Assembly (NCBI GenBank): GCA_044221725.1 | Contig: JBGAON010000001.1 | Location: 256,001 to 320,000 of the forward strand | Length of the DNA: 64,000 nt | Source of the DNA: Elusimicrobiota bacterium | GTDB taxonomy: Bacteria > Elusimicrobiota > Elusimicrobia > F11 | Direction: 5' to 3' | In this document: in pieces, positions 35,027-44,842 of the stretch | Numbering within the stretch: position 1 is the first letter of the stretch | Layout of the letters: each line of letters starts with the position of its first letter | Notes under the pieces: model-generated | The model's database searches: none | Told to the model about the DNA's origin: nothing | Seen by the model: the letters and a program-made list of their open reading frames with translations, nothing else | Translations under genes and position numbers: made by a program

Positions 35027-36828
35027 AAAAATTCGATGCTCGGACTTTAGTGTTGTGGGTCATCATTTTCTTGATGATTCTTTTCTTCCTTCAAACCTCG
35101 AAATTTCCAACGCGCGCGAAACTTCCTTATTCCGAATTTAAGCAGCTTCTGAAAGAAGGAAAAATTACCGACGTTCAAATGTCGGATCGGCTTATTGAGG
35201 GCGCGTACAAAGCCGAAACCGGTGGTGAACAGAAATTTCAAACCGTTCCGCTGAACGATCCACGCCTTGTGGACGAGTTGGAGCAATACGGTGTTAAAAA
35301 TTATTCCGGTGCTCAAGATCGCGGTTGGGTAACGTCGATTCTTGCGAATGCGCTCTGGATCGGGCTTTTCTTCTTTTTGTGGTGGATGTTTGTTATTCGC
35401 CAAATGCAAAACGGCGGTCGTCAGGCGATGGCGTTCGGCAAGACGCGGGCCAAGAATCAAACGACGAAGAAAGGGAAAGTTCTTTTTAAAGATGTCGCTG
35501 GTGTTGAAGAAGCAAAAGAAGAACTGAAAGAGATCATTGAGTTCTTAAAAGATCCGCAAAAATTCCAGCGTCTCGGTGGAAAGGTGCCGAAAGGTGTGCT
35601 GCTTTATGGTGCGCCAGGCACCGGTAAAACCATGTTGGCGAAGGCCGTTGCCGGCGAAGCGGGTGTTCCGTTCTTTTCGGCCAGCGGTTCCGAATTTGTC
35701 GAAATGTTCGTGGGCGTGGGCGCCGCGCGTGTGCGCGATCTTTTCGAACAAGGAAAGAAAAACGCGCCTTGCTTGCTGTTTGTGGATGAACTTGATGCTG
35801 TTGGGCGTCATCGTTTCGCAGGAATCGGTGGTGGTCATGATGAGCGCGAACAAACGTTGAACCAAATTCTCGTCGAGATGGACGGATTTGAAAGTCGCGA
35901 AGGCGTAATCCTTATCGCGGCGACGAACCGTCCGGATGTGCTTGATCCAGCACTTCTGCGCCCGGGCCGTTTCGACCGTCACATCATGGTGCCGGCTCCG
36001 GATCTCAAAGGACGCGAAGAAATTTTGCGCGTGCACTCAGCGAACGTAAAAATGGCGCCGGGCGTGGACTTGTCCGTCATTGCTCGCCGCACGCCAGGTT
36101 TTGTGGGCGCGGATCTCGCGAACGTTATTAATGAAGCGGCTTTGTTGGCTGCGCGTTACGATAAGCCCGCTGTCGACATGCATCACTTGGAATCCGCTAT
36201 CGATCGCGTCATGGCTGGCCCCGAACGCAAGTCGCGTTTGTTGTCGGATCACGAAAAGAAAGTGGTGGCGTTCCACGAAAGCGGTCACACGCTTGTCGCG
36301 AAATTAACGCCCGGCACCGATCCGGTTCATAAAGTTTCGATCGTGTCGCGCGGAATGGCGCTGGGCTATACGCTGCAATTGCCGACCGAAGACAAGTATC
36401 TCACGTCGCGCACCGAACTTTATAACCGAATCTTGGTATTGATGGGGGGCCGCGTGGCGGAGCAGTTGGTATTTAAAGAAATTACCACGGGCGCTCAGGA
36501 CGATTTAATGAAAGCAACGAATCTTGCCTCAAAAATGGTGTGTGAGTTTGGAATGTCGGACACGTTGGGTCCGGTGACGTACAAGAAACCGGAATCCGAA
36601 GTTTTTCTCGGCCGCGATATAGCGCACGAACGTGGTTTTTCCGAAGCAACCGCGCAGCAAATCGACGGCGAAGTGAAACGCATTCTCAGCTCCGCACTTG
36701 AGAAAGTAAAAGACTTGCTCGAGAAGAATAGAGAAAAACTTGAGAAGTTGGCTTTGGCGCTAAATGAGAAGGAGAATCTCAACAGCGACGAAATCAACAA
36801 CTTGCTCGGGCTCCCTGCCACCGCTTAA
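35023..36828 (+). CDS. ftsH: ATP-dependent zinc metalloprotease FtsH
   Basis: Two TM helices, [25 protein letters not shown] and the HESGH zinc motif; ATG 35023 overlaps the tilS stop. Confidence 0.97.
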   Translation: MKKFDARTLVLWVIIFLMILFFLQTSKFPTRAKLPYSEFKQLLKEGKITDVQMSDRLIEGAYKAETGGEQKFQTVPLNDPRLVDELEQYGVKNYSGAQDRGWVTSILANALWIGLFFFLWWMFVIRQMQNGGRQAMAFGKTRAKNQTTKKGKVLFKDVAGVEEAKEELKEIIEFLKDPQKFQRLGGKVPKGVLLYGAPGTGKTMLAKAVAGEAGVPFFSASGSEFVEMFVGVGAARVRDLFEQGKKNAPCLLFVDELDAVGRHRFAGIGGGHDEREQTLNQILVEMDGFESREGVILIAATNRPDVLDPALLRPGRFDRHIMVPAPDLKGREEILRVHSANVKMAPGVDLSVIARRTPGFVGADLANVINEAALLAARYDKPAVDMHHLESAIDRVMAGPERKSRLLSDHEKKVVAFHESGHTLVAKLTPGTDPVHKVSIVSRGMALGYTLQLPTEDKYLTSRTELYNRILVLMGGRVAEQLVFKEITTGAQDDLMKATNLASKMVCEFGMSDTLGPVTYKKPESEVFLGRDIAHERGFSEATAQQIDGEVKRILSSALEKVKDLLEKNREKLEKLALALNEKENLNSDEINNLLGLPATA

Positions 36829-36844
36829 GTTAGAGGATATTCCC

Positions 36845-38194
36845 ATTCATAAACGCTTGTTTGGTACAGACGGCATTCGTGGCGTCGCTGGTGAATCTCC
36901 ATTAACAAAACGAGAGATCTATCGGCTCGGATTGGCGGCCGGCCACGTTCTCAAATCAAAAAATGCCGACGGAAAAAAGCGCATTCTCATTGTGCGGGAC
37001 ACGCGTGGCTCCGGCGAGTGGATACTTGCCGAGTTGGCGAAAGGTTTGCGCGATAACGGTATCGATGTTTTTGATGCCGGTGTTCTGTGCACGCCCTCCG
37101 TCGCGTATCTCGTAAAGGCGCACGGCTATGATGCCGGCGTGGTCATTTCTGCTTCGCACAATCCGCCGGAATTTAATGGCATCAAGTTTTTTACGCCGCA
37201 GGGTTTTAAATGGCCCGATGCCTGGGAAAATATCGTTGAAGAGAAGTTTTTCTCCAATGCGTTCCAGCCCGCCGCCAAACGCAAAGGAACGATTACGAAG
37301 GTTCATGAGTTTCATCAGGATTACGAAGCGTTCCTGTTGTCCTCGTTGCCCGATCGGCCGGATTTGTCTTGGATGCGCGTGGCGATTGATTGTTCGAATG
37401 GAGCCAATCACAAAACGGCGCCCGATGTTATTCGCAGGCTGGGTGCCACAATCTTCGCGTTGGGAACAAGTCCCAATGGCCGTAACATTAACGTTGGTTG
37501 CGGTTCCCAGAAAACCGAGAAGCTTGCTCGGCTGGTTGTCGAAAAGAAGTGTCACATCGGTCTGGCGTTCGACGGCGACGGCGACCGTTTAATTCTCGTT
37601 GATGAACGTGGCCGAACGCTGGATGGCGACCACATTCTCGCGCTGCTCGCCAAATTTTTTAAAAAGAAAAAAATCCTTCGCAACAACCGCGTTGTGATCA
37701 CGGTTATGGCAAACCTCGGGTTAAAGAAAGCGCTCACCCAGCTCGGCGTGAAGGTGAGCGAGGTTTCTGTGGGAGACCGCTACGTCTCCGCTGAGATGAG
37801 AAAGAAAAATTCTATTTTGGGCGGCGAGCAATCGGGCCACATTATTTTGGGAGCGCACTTGCCGACCGGTGACGGACTTCTCACGGCCCTGCACGTGCTG
37901 AACGTGCTCGACGAAGAGAGGAGGCGGTTGTCCGAGCTCGTGGCCTGGATGAAAAAATATCCGCAGGTTCTTTTGAATGTTCCGGTGAAAGAGCGCACGC
38001 CGATCGCGGAGCTCGATCACGTGTCAGGAAAAATTTCTTCCGTCGAAAAAATCTTGGGATCCAACGGACGCGTGCTCGTGCGATATTCCGGTACCGAGCC
38101 GCTTTTGCGGATCATGCTCGAGGGTCCAAACAAGAACCAACTAACCACTTTTGCCAATGACATTGCCAAGGCCGTCATCCTGGCAGGTCGCTAG
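36845..38194 (+). CDS. glmM: Phosphoglucosamine mutase (start uncertain: 36764 ATG, 36845 ATT or 36857 TTG)
   Basis: FGTDGIRG, ISASHNP, FDGDGDR, GGEQSGH and RYSGTEP motifs. Confidence 0.93.
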   Translation: MHKRLFGTDGIRGVAGESPLTKREIYRLGLAAGHVLKSKNADGKKRILIVRDTRGSGEWILAELAKGLRDNGIDVFDAGVLCTPSVAYLVKAHGYDAGVVISASHNPPEFNGIKFFTPQGFKWPDAWENIVEEKFFSNAFQPAAKRKGTITKVHEFHQDYEAFLLSSLPDRPDLSWMRVAIDCSNGANHKTAPDVIRRLGATIFALGTSPNGRNINVGCGSQKTEKLARLVVEKKCHIGLAFDGDGDRLILVDERGRTLDGDHILALLAKFFKKKKILRNNRVVITVMANLGLKKALTQLGVKVSEVSVGDRYVSAEMRKKNSILGGEQSGHIILGAHLPTGDGLLTALHVLNVLDEERRRLSELVAWMKKYPQVLLNVPVKERTPIAELDHVSGKISSVEKILGSNGRVLVRYSGTEPLLRIMLEGPNKNQLTTFANDIAKAVILAGR

Positions 38195-38232
38195 CCAGGA
38201 TCCCTTAGAAACATTCCAGGGTGACAAATTGC

Positions 38233-38949
38233 ATGGTTTTGCTCGGCATTAACATCGACCACGTCGCGACGCTGCGACAAGCGCGACGCGAACGCTTTCC
38301 GGATCCCATCGACGCGGCTCGTGAAGCCATCGCCGCCGGCGCCACCGGAATCACCGCGCACCTGAGAGAGGACCGCCGACACATCCAGGACGATGATATT
38401 CGCTGCTTGAAATCGGAATTGAACGTCCCGCTGAATATGGAAATGTCGATCTCGCCCGATATTGTGCGTGTGGCGCTGCGCACACGGCCCGAATGGGTTT
38501 GTCTCGTTCCCGAGAACCGAAGAGAGCTTACGACGGAGGGCGGCTTGGACGTCGAAAAGAATGCAAAGAAGATCGGCCGCGTGATTTACAAGTTAAAATC
38601 CCGTGGTATCAAAGTTTCGTTGTTTGTTGACGCCGACATTGCCACGGTTCGACTTGCAAAGAAGTTGAGCGCCGACGCAGTGGAGCTCCACACCGGAACG
38701 TATGCGCGACTTTTTCGGATGAAGAAGTCTTTCACGAAGGAATTGGCGCGACTCCGCTCGGCGGCCGAGACCGCCGTGGAATTGGATCTTTTAGCGAACG
38801 CCGGTCACGGAATCGATTACGATAACGTGAAGCCGCTGTTGGCGGCGCACCGTTTTAATGAGTTGAATATCGGATTCTCCATCATGGCGCGAGCCATGTT
38901 CGTGGGTGTTCGCAAAGCTGTTAGTGAAATGAAAGCGAAGATGAGGTAA
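38233..38949 (+). CDS. pdxJ: Pyridoxine 5'-phosphate synthase
   Basis: LGINIDHVATLRQAR, HLREDRRHI, LVPE.R.ELTTEGGLD and VELHTG motifs. Confidence 0.95.
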   Translation: MVLLGINIDHVATLRQARRERFPDPIDAAREAIAAGATGITAHLREDRRHIQDDDIRCLKSELNVPLNMEMSISPDIVRVALRTRPEWVCLVPENRRELTTEGGLDVEKNAKKIGRVIYKLKSRGIKVSLFVDADIATVRLAKKLSADAVELHTGTYARLFRMKKSFTKELARLRSAAETAVELDLLANAGHGIDYDNVKPLLAAHRFNELNIGFSIMARAMFVGVRKAVSEMKAKMR

Positions 38950-38958
38950 ATTTTTCTT

Positions 38959-40818
38959 ATGTGCGGAATTCTTGGATACGTTGGTGATTTGAACGCCACA
39001 AATGTTTTGGTTGAGGGTTTGAGAAAGCTCGAATACCGCGGATACGATTCGGCTGGCGTCGCGGTACTCACGACGGGTGGATTTGAGATTCGCCGTTCCG
39101 TCGGAAAATTGAGCGAATTGGAGCACTTGCTTCACAAGCGACCGCTCACCGGTCATTTGGGCGTCGGTCACACGCGTTGGGCCACCCACGGTGCACCAAC
39201 CGAAAAAAACGCGCATCCGCACGCGGACTCGAGCGGAAAAATCATTGTCGTGCACAATGGCATCATTGAGAATTATCTGTCTCTCAAGGAAACGTTGGGC
39301 AAATCCGGTGCAAAATTTGAGTCCCAGACGGACACCGAAGTTGTCAGCCACTTGATCGCGAGTCATTTAAAGAATGTCTCGAAAAACGGGACGCTATCGC
39401 GCGACGAGTTTATCTCCGCGGTTCGGCTCGCGCTCAAGGACATTAAAGGGACGTTTGCGCTCGGTATCGTGTGCGCGGATTTGCCGGACATTGTTATCGG
39501 TGCACGTCGCGATTGTCCACTTATCGTGGGTGTCGGTGAAAAGCAAAACTTTTTGGCGTCGGATGTTCCGGCGATCTTGTCCTATACGCGTGACGTTATT
39601 TTCCTTGAAGACGGCGACATAGCAATTCTCGACAAGGACAAAATCGAATTTATGAACGTGGACGGCGCCAAAGTGGCGCGCAAGATTCACAAAATTTCGT
39701 GGGACCCCGTCCAAGCTGAAAAAGCCGGCTACAAGCATTTCATGATTAAAGAAATCCACGAGCAGCCGCGCGTCGTTGAAAACACGCTGATGGGCCGCTT
39801 TGACGCCAACACCGGTACCGTCGATATTCCAGAGATTGGGCTCAGTGAAGCCGACGTGAAGAAAATTACGCGTGTGCGGTTTCTCGCGTGCGGAACATCG
39901 TGGCACGCCTCGCTCGTGGGAAGCTACCTCATTGAGAAATACGCAAAGATTCCGTGTCATGTCGATATTGCGTCCGAGTTTCGGTACCGCAATCCCATTG
40001 TGGAGCCTGGTACGCTCGTGATCGGCGTGTCGCAGTCCGGTGAAACGGCGGACACGCTTGCGGCGCTTCGACTCGCGAAGAAAGAGGGCGCAAAGGTTCT
40101 CGGTGTTGCAAACGTTGTCGGTTCCTCCTTAACACGCGACGCGCATGGTTGTCTCTTAACTCATTGTGGTCCGGAGATCGGTGTGGCATCGACGAAAGCG
40201 TTCATGGGGCAGCTCGTCGCCATGCATTTGCTCACGCACTACCTCGCGCGGTTGCGCAATTCAATCCCGCTTACGCAATTGACGTCGATGGGACGCGACC
40301 TGGCGCATTTGTCGCAATGGATCACAAAAACCCTCGAATGCGAAAAACGCGTCACCGAAGTTGCGAAAAAATATTTCCGAAAGAAAAACTTTTTGTATTT
40401 GGGTCGTAACTTAAATTATCCGGTGGCGCTCGAAGGCGCTTTAAAGCTCAAAGAAATTTCTTACATTCACGCCGAAGGTTACCCGGCTGGCGAAATGAAA
40501 CACGGTCCCATCGCGCTCATTGACGAAAATGTTCCGGTCGTGTCCATCGTCACGAAGTCGACTGTCTACGACAAAATGGTTTCAAATATTGAGGAAGCGA
40601 AAAGCCGTGGCGCCGAAGTGATCGCTATCGTGAACGAAGGCGATGAACTCGTGAGCGACAAAGCGGCCGATATTATCCGCGTACCGGTTGTTCCGGAAGA
40701 TCTATCGCCGCTTATCAACGTCATCCCGTTGCAGCTTTTGGCCTACCAAATCGCGGTGTTTTTGGGATGCGACGTTGACCAACCGCGGAATCTCGCCAAG
40801 AGCGTTACCGTCGAATAA
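38959..40818 (+). CDS. glmS: Glutamine-fructose-6-phosphate aminotransferase
   Basis: MCGILG, LEYRGYDSAG, GHTRWATHG, SQSGETADT and PRNLAKSVTVE motifs. Confidence 0.97.
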   Translation: MCGILGYVGDLNATNVLVEGLRKLEYRGYDSAGVAVLTTGGFEIRRSVGKLSELEHLLHKRPLTGHLGVGHTRWATHGAPTEKNAHPHADSSGKIIVVHNGIIENYLSLKETLGKSGAKFESQTDTEVVSHLIASHLKNVSKNGTLSRDEFISAVRLALKDIKGTFALGIVCADLPDIVIGARRDCPLIVGVGEKQNFLASDVPAILSYTRDVIFLEDGDIAILDKDKIEFMNVDGAKVARKIHKISWDPVQAEKAGYKHFMIKEIHEQPRVVENTLMGRFDANTGTVDIPEIGLSEADVKKITRVRFLACGTSWHASLVGSYLIEKYAKIPCHVDIASEFRYRNPIVEPGTLVIGVSQSGETADTLAALRLAKKEGAKVLGVANVVGSSLTRDAHGCLLTHCGPEIGVASTKAFMGQLVAMHLLTHYLARLRNSIPLTQLTSMGRDLAHLSQWITKTLECEKRVTEVAKKYFRKKNFLYLGRNLNYPVALEGALKLKEISYIHAEGYPAGEMKHGPIALIDENVPVVSIVTKSTVYDKMVSNIEEAKSRGAEVIAIVNEGDELVSDKAADIIRVPVVPEDLSPLINVIPLQLLAYQIAVFLGCDVDQPRNLAKSVTVE

Positions 40819-40850
40819 ATTTTTGCTACCATCCGTCGCACAGTAGCACC

Positions 40851-40961
40851 CTTATCAAGAGTGGTGGAGGGATTGGCCCAACGAAACCACGGCAACGGTT
40901 CGACTAAACTCGAATACGTGCCAAAGCCAGTTCGCCAGACGTTTGGCGAATAACCGATAAG
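40851..40961 (+). ncRNA. SAM-I (S-box) riboswitch
   Basis: CTTATCAAGAG-TGGTGGAGGGATTGGCCC-AACGAAACCAC-GGCAAC...GTGCCAAAGCC...GATAAG: P1 CTTATC/GATAAG, kink-turn P2, GCAAC core, P4 hairpin. Confidence 0.92.
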
Positions 40962-40973
40962 AGGAACAGTTAG

Positions 40974-41005
40974 CCCCAGAAGGGAAACTTCCTCTGGGGT
41001 TTTTT
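40974..41005 (+). terminator. Riboswitch expression-platform terminator
   Basis: CCCCAGA-AGGGAAACTTCC-TCTGGGG followed by TTTTTT, between the aptamer and the ATG at 41011. Confidence 0.85.
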
Positions 41006-41010
41006 AATTT

Positions 41011-42273
41011 ATGACGACAACGAAAATCAAAGGTCTCAAATGCAAGGAGTGTGGACGGCTTTTCGAAGCCAAGGCGCTGCACGTCTGCGAATTTTGTTTT
41101 GGTCCGCTCGAAGTTGATTACAACTACGACCTAATCAAAAAAACGGTCACGCGCGAATCCATCGAATCGGGGCCGCTGTCCTTGTGGCGCTATTGGGGGC
41201 TGCTTCCGGTTGAATCGAAAGACGTCATTACGCTGCAGGAAGGTTTCACTCCACTGGTTCACGCAAAAAATCTCGGCAAAGCTCTTGGGTTAAAAAATCT
41301 TTACGTTAAAAACGATACAGTAAATCCCACATTCTCGTTCAAAGATCGCGTCGTTAGCGTCGCGCTCACGCGCGCGCGCGAACTTGGTTTTAAGACGGTT
41401 GCCTGCGCGTCAACGGGGAATTTGGCGGGGGCCGTCTCCGCTTATGGAGCTGTGGCTGATCTCAAACGATTTGTGTTTATCCCAGCCGACCTGGAAGAGG
41501 GAAAAGTTATTGGTGCCGGTGTTTACAATCCGATCATCGTCGCTATCGAAGGGACCTATGACGAAGTGAATCGTCTCTGTTCGGAAGTGGCGGACGCTTT
41601 CAAGTGGGCGTTCGTGAACGTGAACATTCGCCCCTATTACGCCGAGGGTTCGAAGACGCTCGGATTTGAAGTTGCCGAACAACTGGGATGGAAAGCACCG
41701 GATCAGGTGGTGGTTCCGGCTGCATCGGGTTCCCTGCTCACAAAAATTTACAAAGGTCTGAAAGAATTTGAACAACTCGGCCTCATTCCTGCGCACAATA
41801 CGAAGTTGAATTGTGCTCAGGCAGCGGGTTGCGGGCCCATCGCGGCCGCGATTCAAGAAGGTACCGATTTGATCCGGCCGGTCCGTCCGAAAACGATCGC
41901 GAAATCGTTGGCGATTGGAAATCCTGCCGACGGCGTTTATGCGTCTCAGCTCGTTTTAAAAACCGGCGGCCAAGGTGTTTCCGTCACGGACGACGAAATT
42001 GTGGAAGGTATTAAACTGCTTGCTTCCACCGAAGGAATTTTCACAGAGACCGCGGGTGGTGTGACGGTCGCTTCCTTGAAACGCTTGGTCCAAACTGGTA
42101 GAGTCGCCGCCGACGACGTGACCGTGGTTTATGTGACCGGGAACGGTTTGAAAACATTGGATGCGGTCCAGGGCAAAGTCAGCAAACCCCACGTCATTCC
42201 TGCTCGTCTGCAAGATTTCAAAAGTCTGTTTGAGAAATTACAGAGTAAGGTCCCTGAGCAGGTAACTGCATAA
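41011..42273 (+). CDS. thrC: Threonine synthase-family PLP enzyme (possibly O-phosphohomoserine sulfhydrylase)
   Basis: N-terminal CxxC...CxxC, NPTFSFKDR PLP lysine, ASTGN, EGSKT and VTGNGLK motifs. Confidence 0.85.
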   Translation: MTTTKIKGLKCKECGRLFEAKALHVCEFCFGPLEVDYNYDLIKKTVTRESIESGPLSLWRYWGLLPVESKDVITLQEGFTPLVHAKNLGKALGLKNLYVKNDTVNPTFSFKDRVVSVALTRARELGFKTVACASTGNLAGAVSAYGAVADLKRFVFIPADLEEGKVIGAGVYNPIIVAIEGTYDEVNRLCSEVADAFKWAFVNVNIRPYYAEGSKTLGFEVAEQLGWKAPDQVVVPAASGSLLTKIYKGLKEFEQLGLIPAHNTKLNCAQAAGCGPIAAAIQEGTDLIRPVRPKTIAKSLAIGNPADGVYASQLVLKTGGQGVSVTDDEIVEGIKLLASTEGIFTETAGGVTVASLKRLVQTGRVAADDVTVVYVTGNGLKTLDAVQGKVSKPHVIPARLQDFKSLFEKLQSKVPEQVTA

Positions 42274-42286
42274 ATTTGGAGGATTC

Positions 42287-42568
42287 ATGCCCGCGAAAGT
42301 ACGGATTCCAGCACCACTTCGAAAGCTTACGAACGACCAAGCGGTCGTCGAAGTGCAAGGCAAAAATATTCAGGAATTGCTCGCCAGCCTCGACAAGAAT
42401 TATCCGGGGCTAAAAGACCGAATTTGCGACGAATCGGGTCAGATTCGTCGGTTCGTCAACATCTTCGTTAATGGAGAAGATATCCGCTTCAAAGATGGCC
42501 CGAACACCAGCGTTGCCGAAGGTGCTGAAGTGTCGATCATTCCAGCCATTGCTGGCGGCTCGTTTTAA
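42287..42568 (+). CDS. MoaD/ThiS/CysO-family ubiquitin-like sulfur carrier
   Basis: VRIPAPLR, RRFVNIFVNGEDIR, and C-terminus IIPAIAGG-SF. Confidence 0.9.
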   Translation: MPAKVRIPAPLRKLTNDQAVVEVQGKNIQELLASLDKNYPGLKDRICDESGQIRRFVNIFVNGEDIRFKDGPNTSVAEGAEVSIIPAIAGGSF

Positions 42569-42625
42569 ACAATCCCGTAGCATTCGCCTCTTGAAATCAA
42601 GCTGTTTTCGAGGCAAACTAGTGTC

Positions 42626-42865
42626 ATGAAGCAAGCGTTGAGTCTCACGTTTCCGTCGAATTTGATCAGAGAACCGATCATTCATCAGATGTCGAAAAAA
42701 TTTGATGTCGTGTTTAATCTCCGTCGTGCAAAGATCACGGAGAAGATTGGCGAAATCGTTTTGGAGTTGGAAGGACAAGAAGAAGCCCTGCGAAAAGCTG
42801 AAAAGTGGCTGAACGATCAAGGGCTCAAAGTCGAACCGATAACAAAGGATACGCTGGAAAGCTGA
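42626..42865 (+). CDS. Stand-alone NIL-domain protein
   Basis: LTFPSNLIREPIIHQMSKKFDVVFNLRRAKIT...GEIVLELEG...GLKVE. Confidence 0.8.
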   Translation: MKQALSLTFPSNLIREPIIHQMSKKFDVVFNLRRAKITEKIGEIVLELEGQEEALRKAEKWLNDQGLKVEPITKDTLES

Positions 42866-42870
42866 CGAAT

Positions 42871-43473
42871 ATGACCAGTGATGTGCTCGTCCTAAATAGA
42901 AGTTTCTTTGCTGTTCAGGTCATTGACTGGCGGCGCGCTCTTAGTTTGGTTTACCTCGATCATGCGCGTGTGGTGGACGAAGATTACCGAACCTACTCGT
43001 TCGAAGATTGGCGCGAGCTGTCGTCCGAAATAACAACCAACCCTTCCGGATTTGTTCACACGCCTTCTTTCAAAATTGCCATTCCCGATGTAATAACGCT
43101 GCGCTACTTCGACGGACTTCCAAAATCCGAAGTAAAGTTTACGCGCCGCAACATTTACGAGCATTACAACTACAAGTGCGCGTACTGCGGAATCAAATTT
43201 ACGTCGAACGAGCTTAATTTGGAACACGTCATTCCGCGCAGTCGTGGCGGAAAGACCGATTGGTCCAACGTCGTCACCTCGTGCATTCCATGCAACCTCA
43301 GAAAAGGCAGTCGTTTGCCCAGCGAAGCGAACATGAAGCTGTTGGTCAAGCCCACGAAACCGAAATGGAGCGGTACGGCCGCGATCGCGTTTCGCCCGGG
43401 TTTCAAAGTTCGTGCCTCGTGGCAACGGTTTGTTGATAATATCTACTGGAATACCGAACTCGATCCTCAATAA
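42871..43473 (+). CDS. HNH endonuclease
   Basis: VLVLN, FTRRNI, CAYCG and LEHVIPRSRGG..DWSNVVTSCIPCNLRKG motifs. Confidence 0.88.
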   Translation: MTSDVLVLNRSFFAVQVIDWRRALSLVYLDHARVVDEDYRTYSFEDWRELSSEITTNPSGFVHTPSFKIAIPDVITLRYFDGLPKSEVKFTRRNIYEHYNYKCAYCGIKFTSNELNLEHVIPRSRGGKTDWSNVVTSCIPCNLRKGSRLPSEANMKLLVKPTKPKWSGTAAIAFRPGFKVRASWQRFVDNIYWNTELDPQ

Positions 43474-43487
43474 CGAGGTGTTTTTCG

Positions 43488-44831
43488 ATGCGTAGATGTT
43501 TTATCTCCATACTTGTTTTGTCCATTTGTTGGTCCTCTGTTTTCGCTGCAGGTCGAAGACCGCCACCATCCAACCTTGATTCCATTCCGGTGCAATTTAG
43601 TTACCTTCCGCAGGTTCAGAAGATGGCGGATCGCTACCGGCTCACCATTCAAACGCCCGAATCGCTGCCGCATTACTTGATTGAGAAAACTCCTAGAAAA
43701 ATTTGGTTGCGGCTTGTTCGTCCATCAACCGATGAATCGCAAATTCTCGAGGGTGACTCTGTGATTCGCGAAGTAAGGCTTGTGCAAAAGCAATATTCGG
43801 CTGACATGATCATGAAACTGGGGGAAGATGCTGTTGCGAATGACGTGTACTTCGATGAAGGCAAAAAGAAAATTGTCGTCGATGTTTTCACCTCTAACCG
43901 TATAAAAAACGATGTTGCGCAGAAGCCTGCCGTTGCGCAAACGGAAACGCCAGTTTTAAAGACGAAGAAAGTTGCGCATGCGAAACATAAAACTGAAAAG
44001 AAAATTGTAGCTGCTCCGGCCCCGGTTATTGTCCCGGCACCGGCCGCCGCTTCGGCTCCCGCCATCGTTGCCGCTCCGGTCGTTTCGGCCAGCGCGACGC
44101 GTACGGAGCCGAAAATTACACGACGCCCCAGCGAAACGGTTGTGGTGATTGACGCGGGGCATGGCGGAATGGATTGCGGTGCCATCGGAACGCGCGGTAC
44201 GCTTGAGAAAGATATTAATCTCGATTTTGCTCGTCAGCTCGCGAAAATGATGACGAAGGAAAAGAATGTGCGGGTCGTCATGACGCGCGACAACGATGAA
44301 TTTGTTGCGTTGCAGGACCGCACGCGTATTGCGAACGACGCCGAGGCCGATTTGTTTGTGTCAATTCATTGCAACGCGTCGCTGTCTCCGAAAAACACCG
44401 GTTTCGAAACTTATTTTCTCTCGCCGGACGCGACCGACAAGGCGGCGGCCTCCGTCGCGCGGCTGGAAAACTCGGTTGTGTCGCTTGAGGCGCACAAAGG
44501 CGCTCCATCGTCGCGGCTGAGCGAATTGTTGGCATCGATGGCGATTGGCAACTTTATCAACGAGTCGTCGAAATTCGCATCGATCGTGTGCCGCACTATT
44601 CACAGTCACACATCTGTCGATAAAGCGGAAGTAAAGGAAGCTGATTTTTTTGTGTTGCGTGGCGCCCAAATGCCCGCTGTTTTGATCGAACTCGAGTATT
44701 TATCGAATCCTATTTCGGAACTGAAGTTACGCTCTTCACGCTACCGTTCGCAGCTCGTGAAAGGTGTTGTTGAAGGAATTAAAGCTTACAACCACCAGGC
44801 CCGGCAAGAACGGGAAGCCTCTCTCCACTAA
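43488..44831 (+). CDS. N-acetylmuramoyl-L-alanine amidase (Amidase_3)
   Basis: Signal peptide; VVIDAGHGG.D.GA, EK..NL, FVSIHCNA and PAVLIELEYLSN motifs. Confidence 0.92.
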   Translation: MRRCFISILVLSICWSSVFAAGRRPPPSNLDSIPVQFSYLPQVQKMADRYRLTIQTPESLPHYLIEKTPRKIWLRLVRPSTDESQILEGDSVIREVRLVQKQYSADMIMKLGEDAVANDVYFDEGKKKIVVDVFTSNRIKNDVAQKPAVAQTETPVLKTKKVAHAKHKTEKKIVAAPAPVIVPAPAAASAPAIVAAPVVSASATRTEPKITRRPSETVVVIDAGHGGMDCGAIGTRGTLEKDINLDFARQLAKMMTKEKNVRVVMTRDNDEFVALQDRTRIANDAEADLFVSIHCNASLSPKNTGFETYFLSPDATDKAAASVARLENSVVSLEAHKGAPSSRLSELLASMAIGNFINESSKFASIVCRTIHSHTSVDKAEVKEADFFVLRGAQMPAVLIELEYLSNPISELKLRSSRYRSQLVKGVVEGIKAYNHQARQEREASLH

Positions 44832-44842
44832 ATCTTTTTGTT

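Noticed and set aside
42871..43473. HNH gene as a mobile homing endonuclease or restriction system
   Set aside because: No intron/intein context, methyltransferase or flanking repeats; it resembles the common stand-alone bacterial HNH family.
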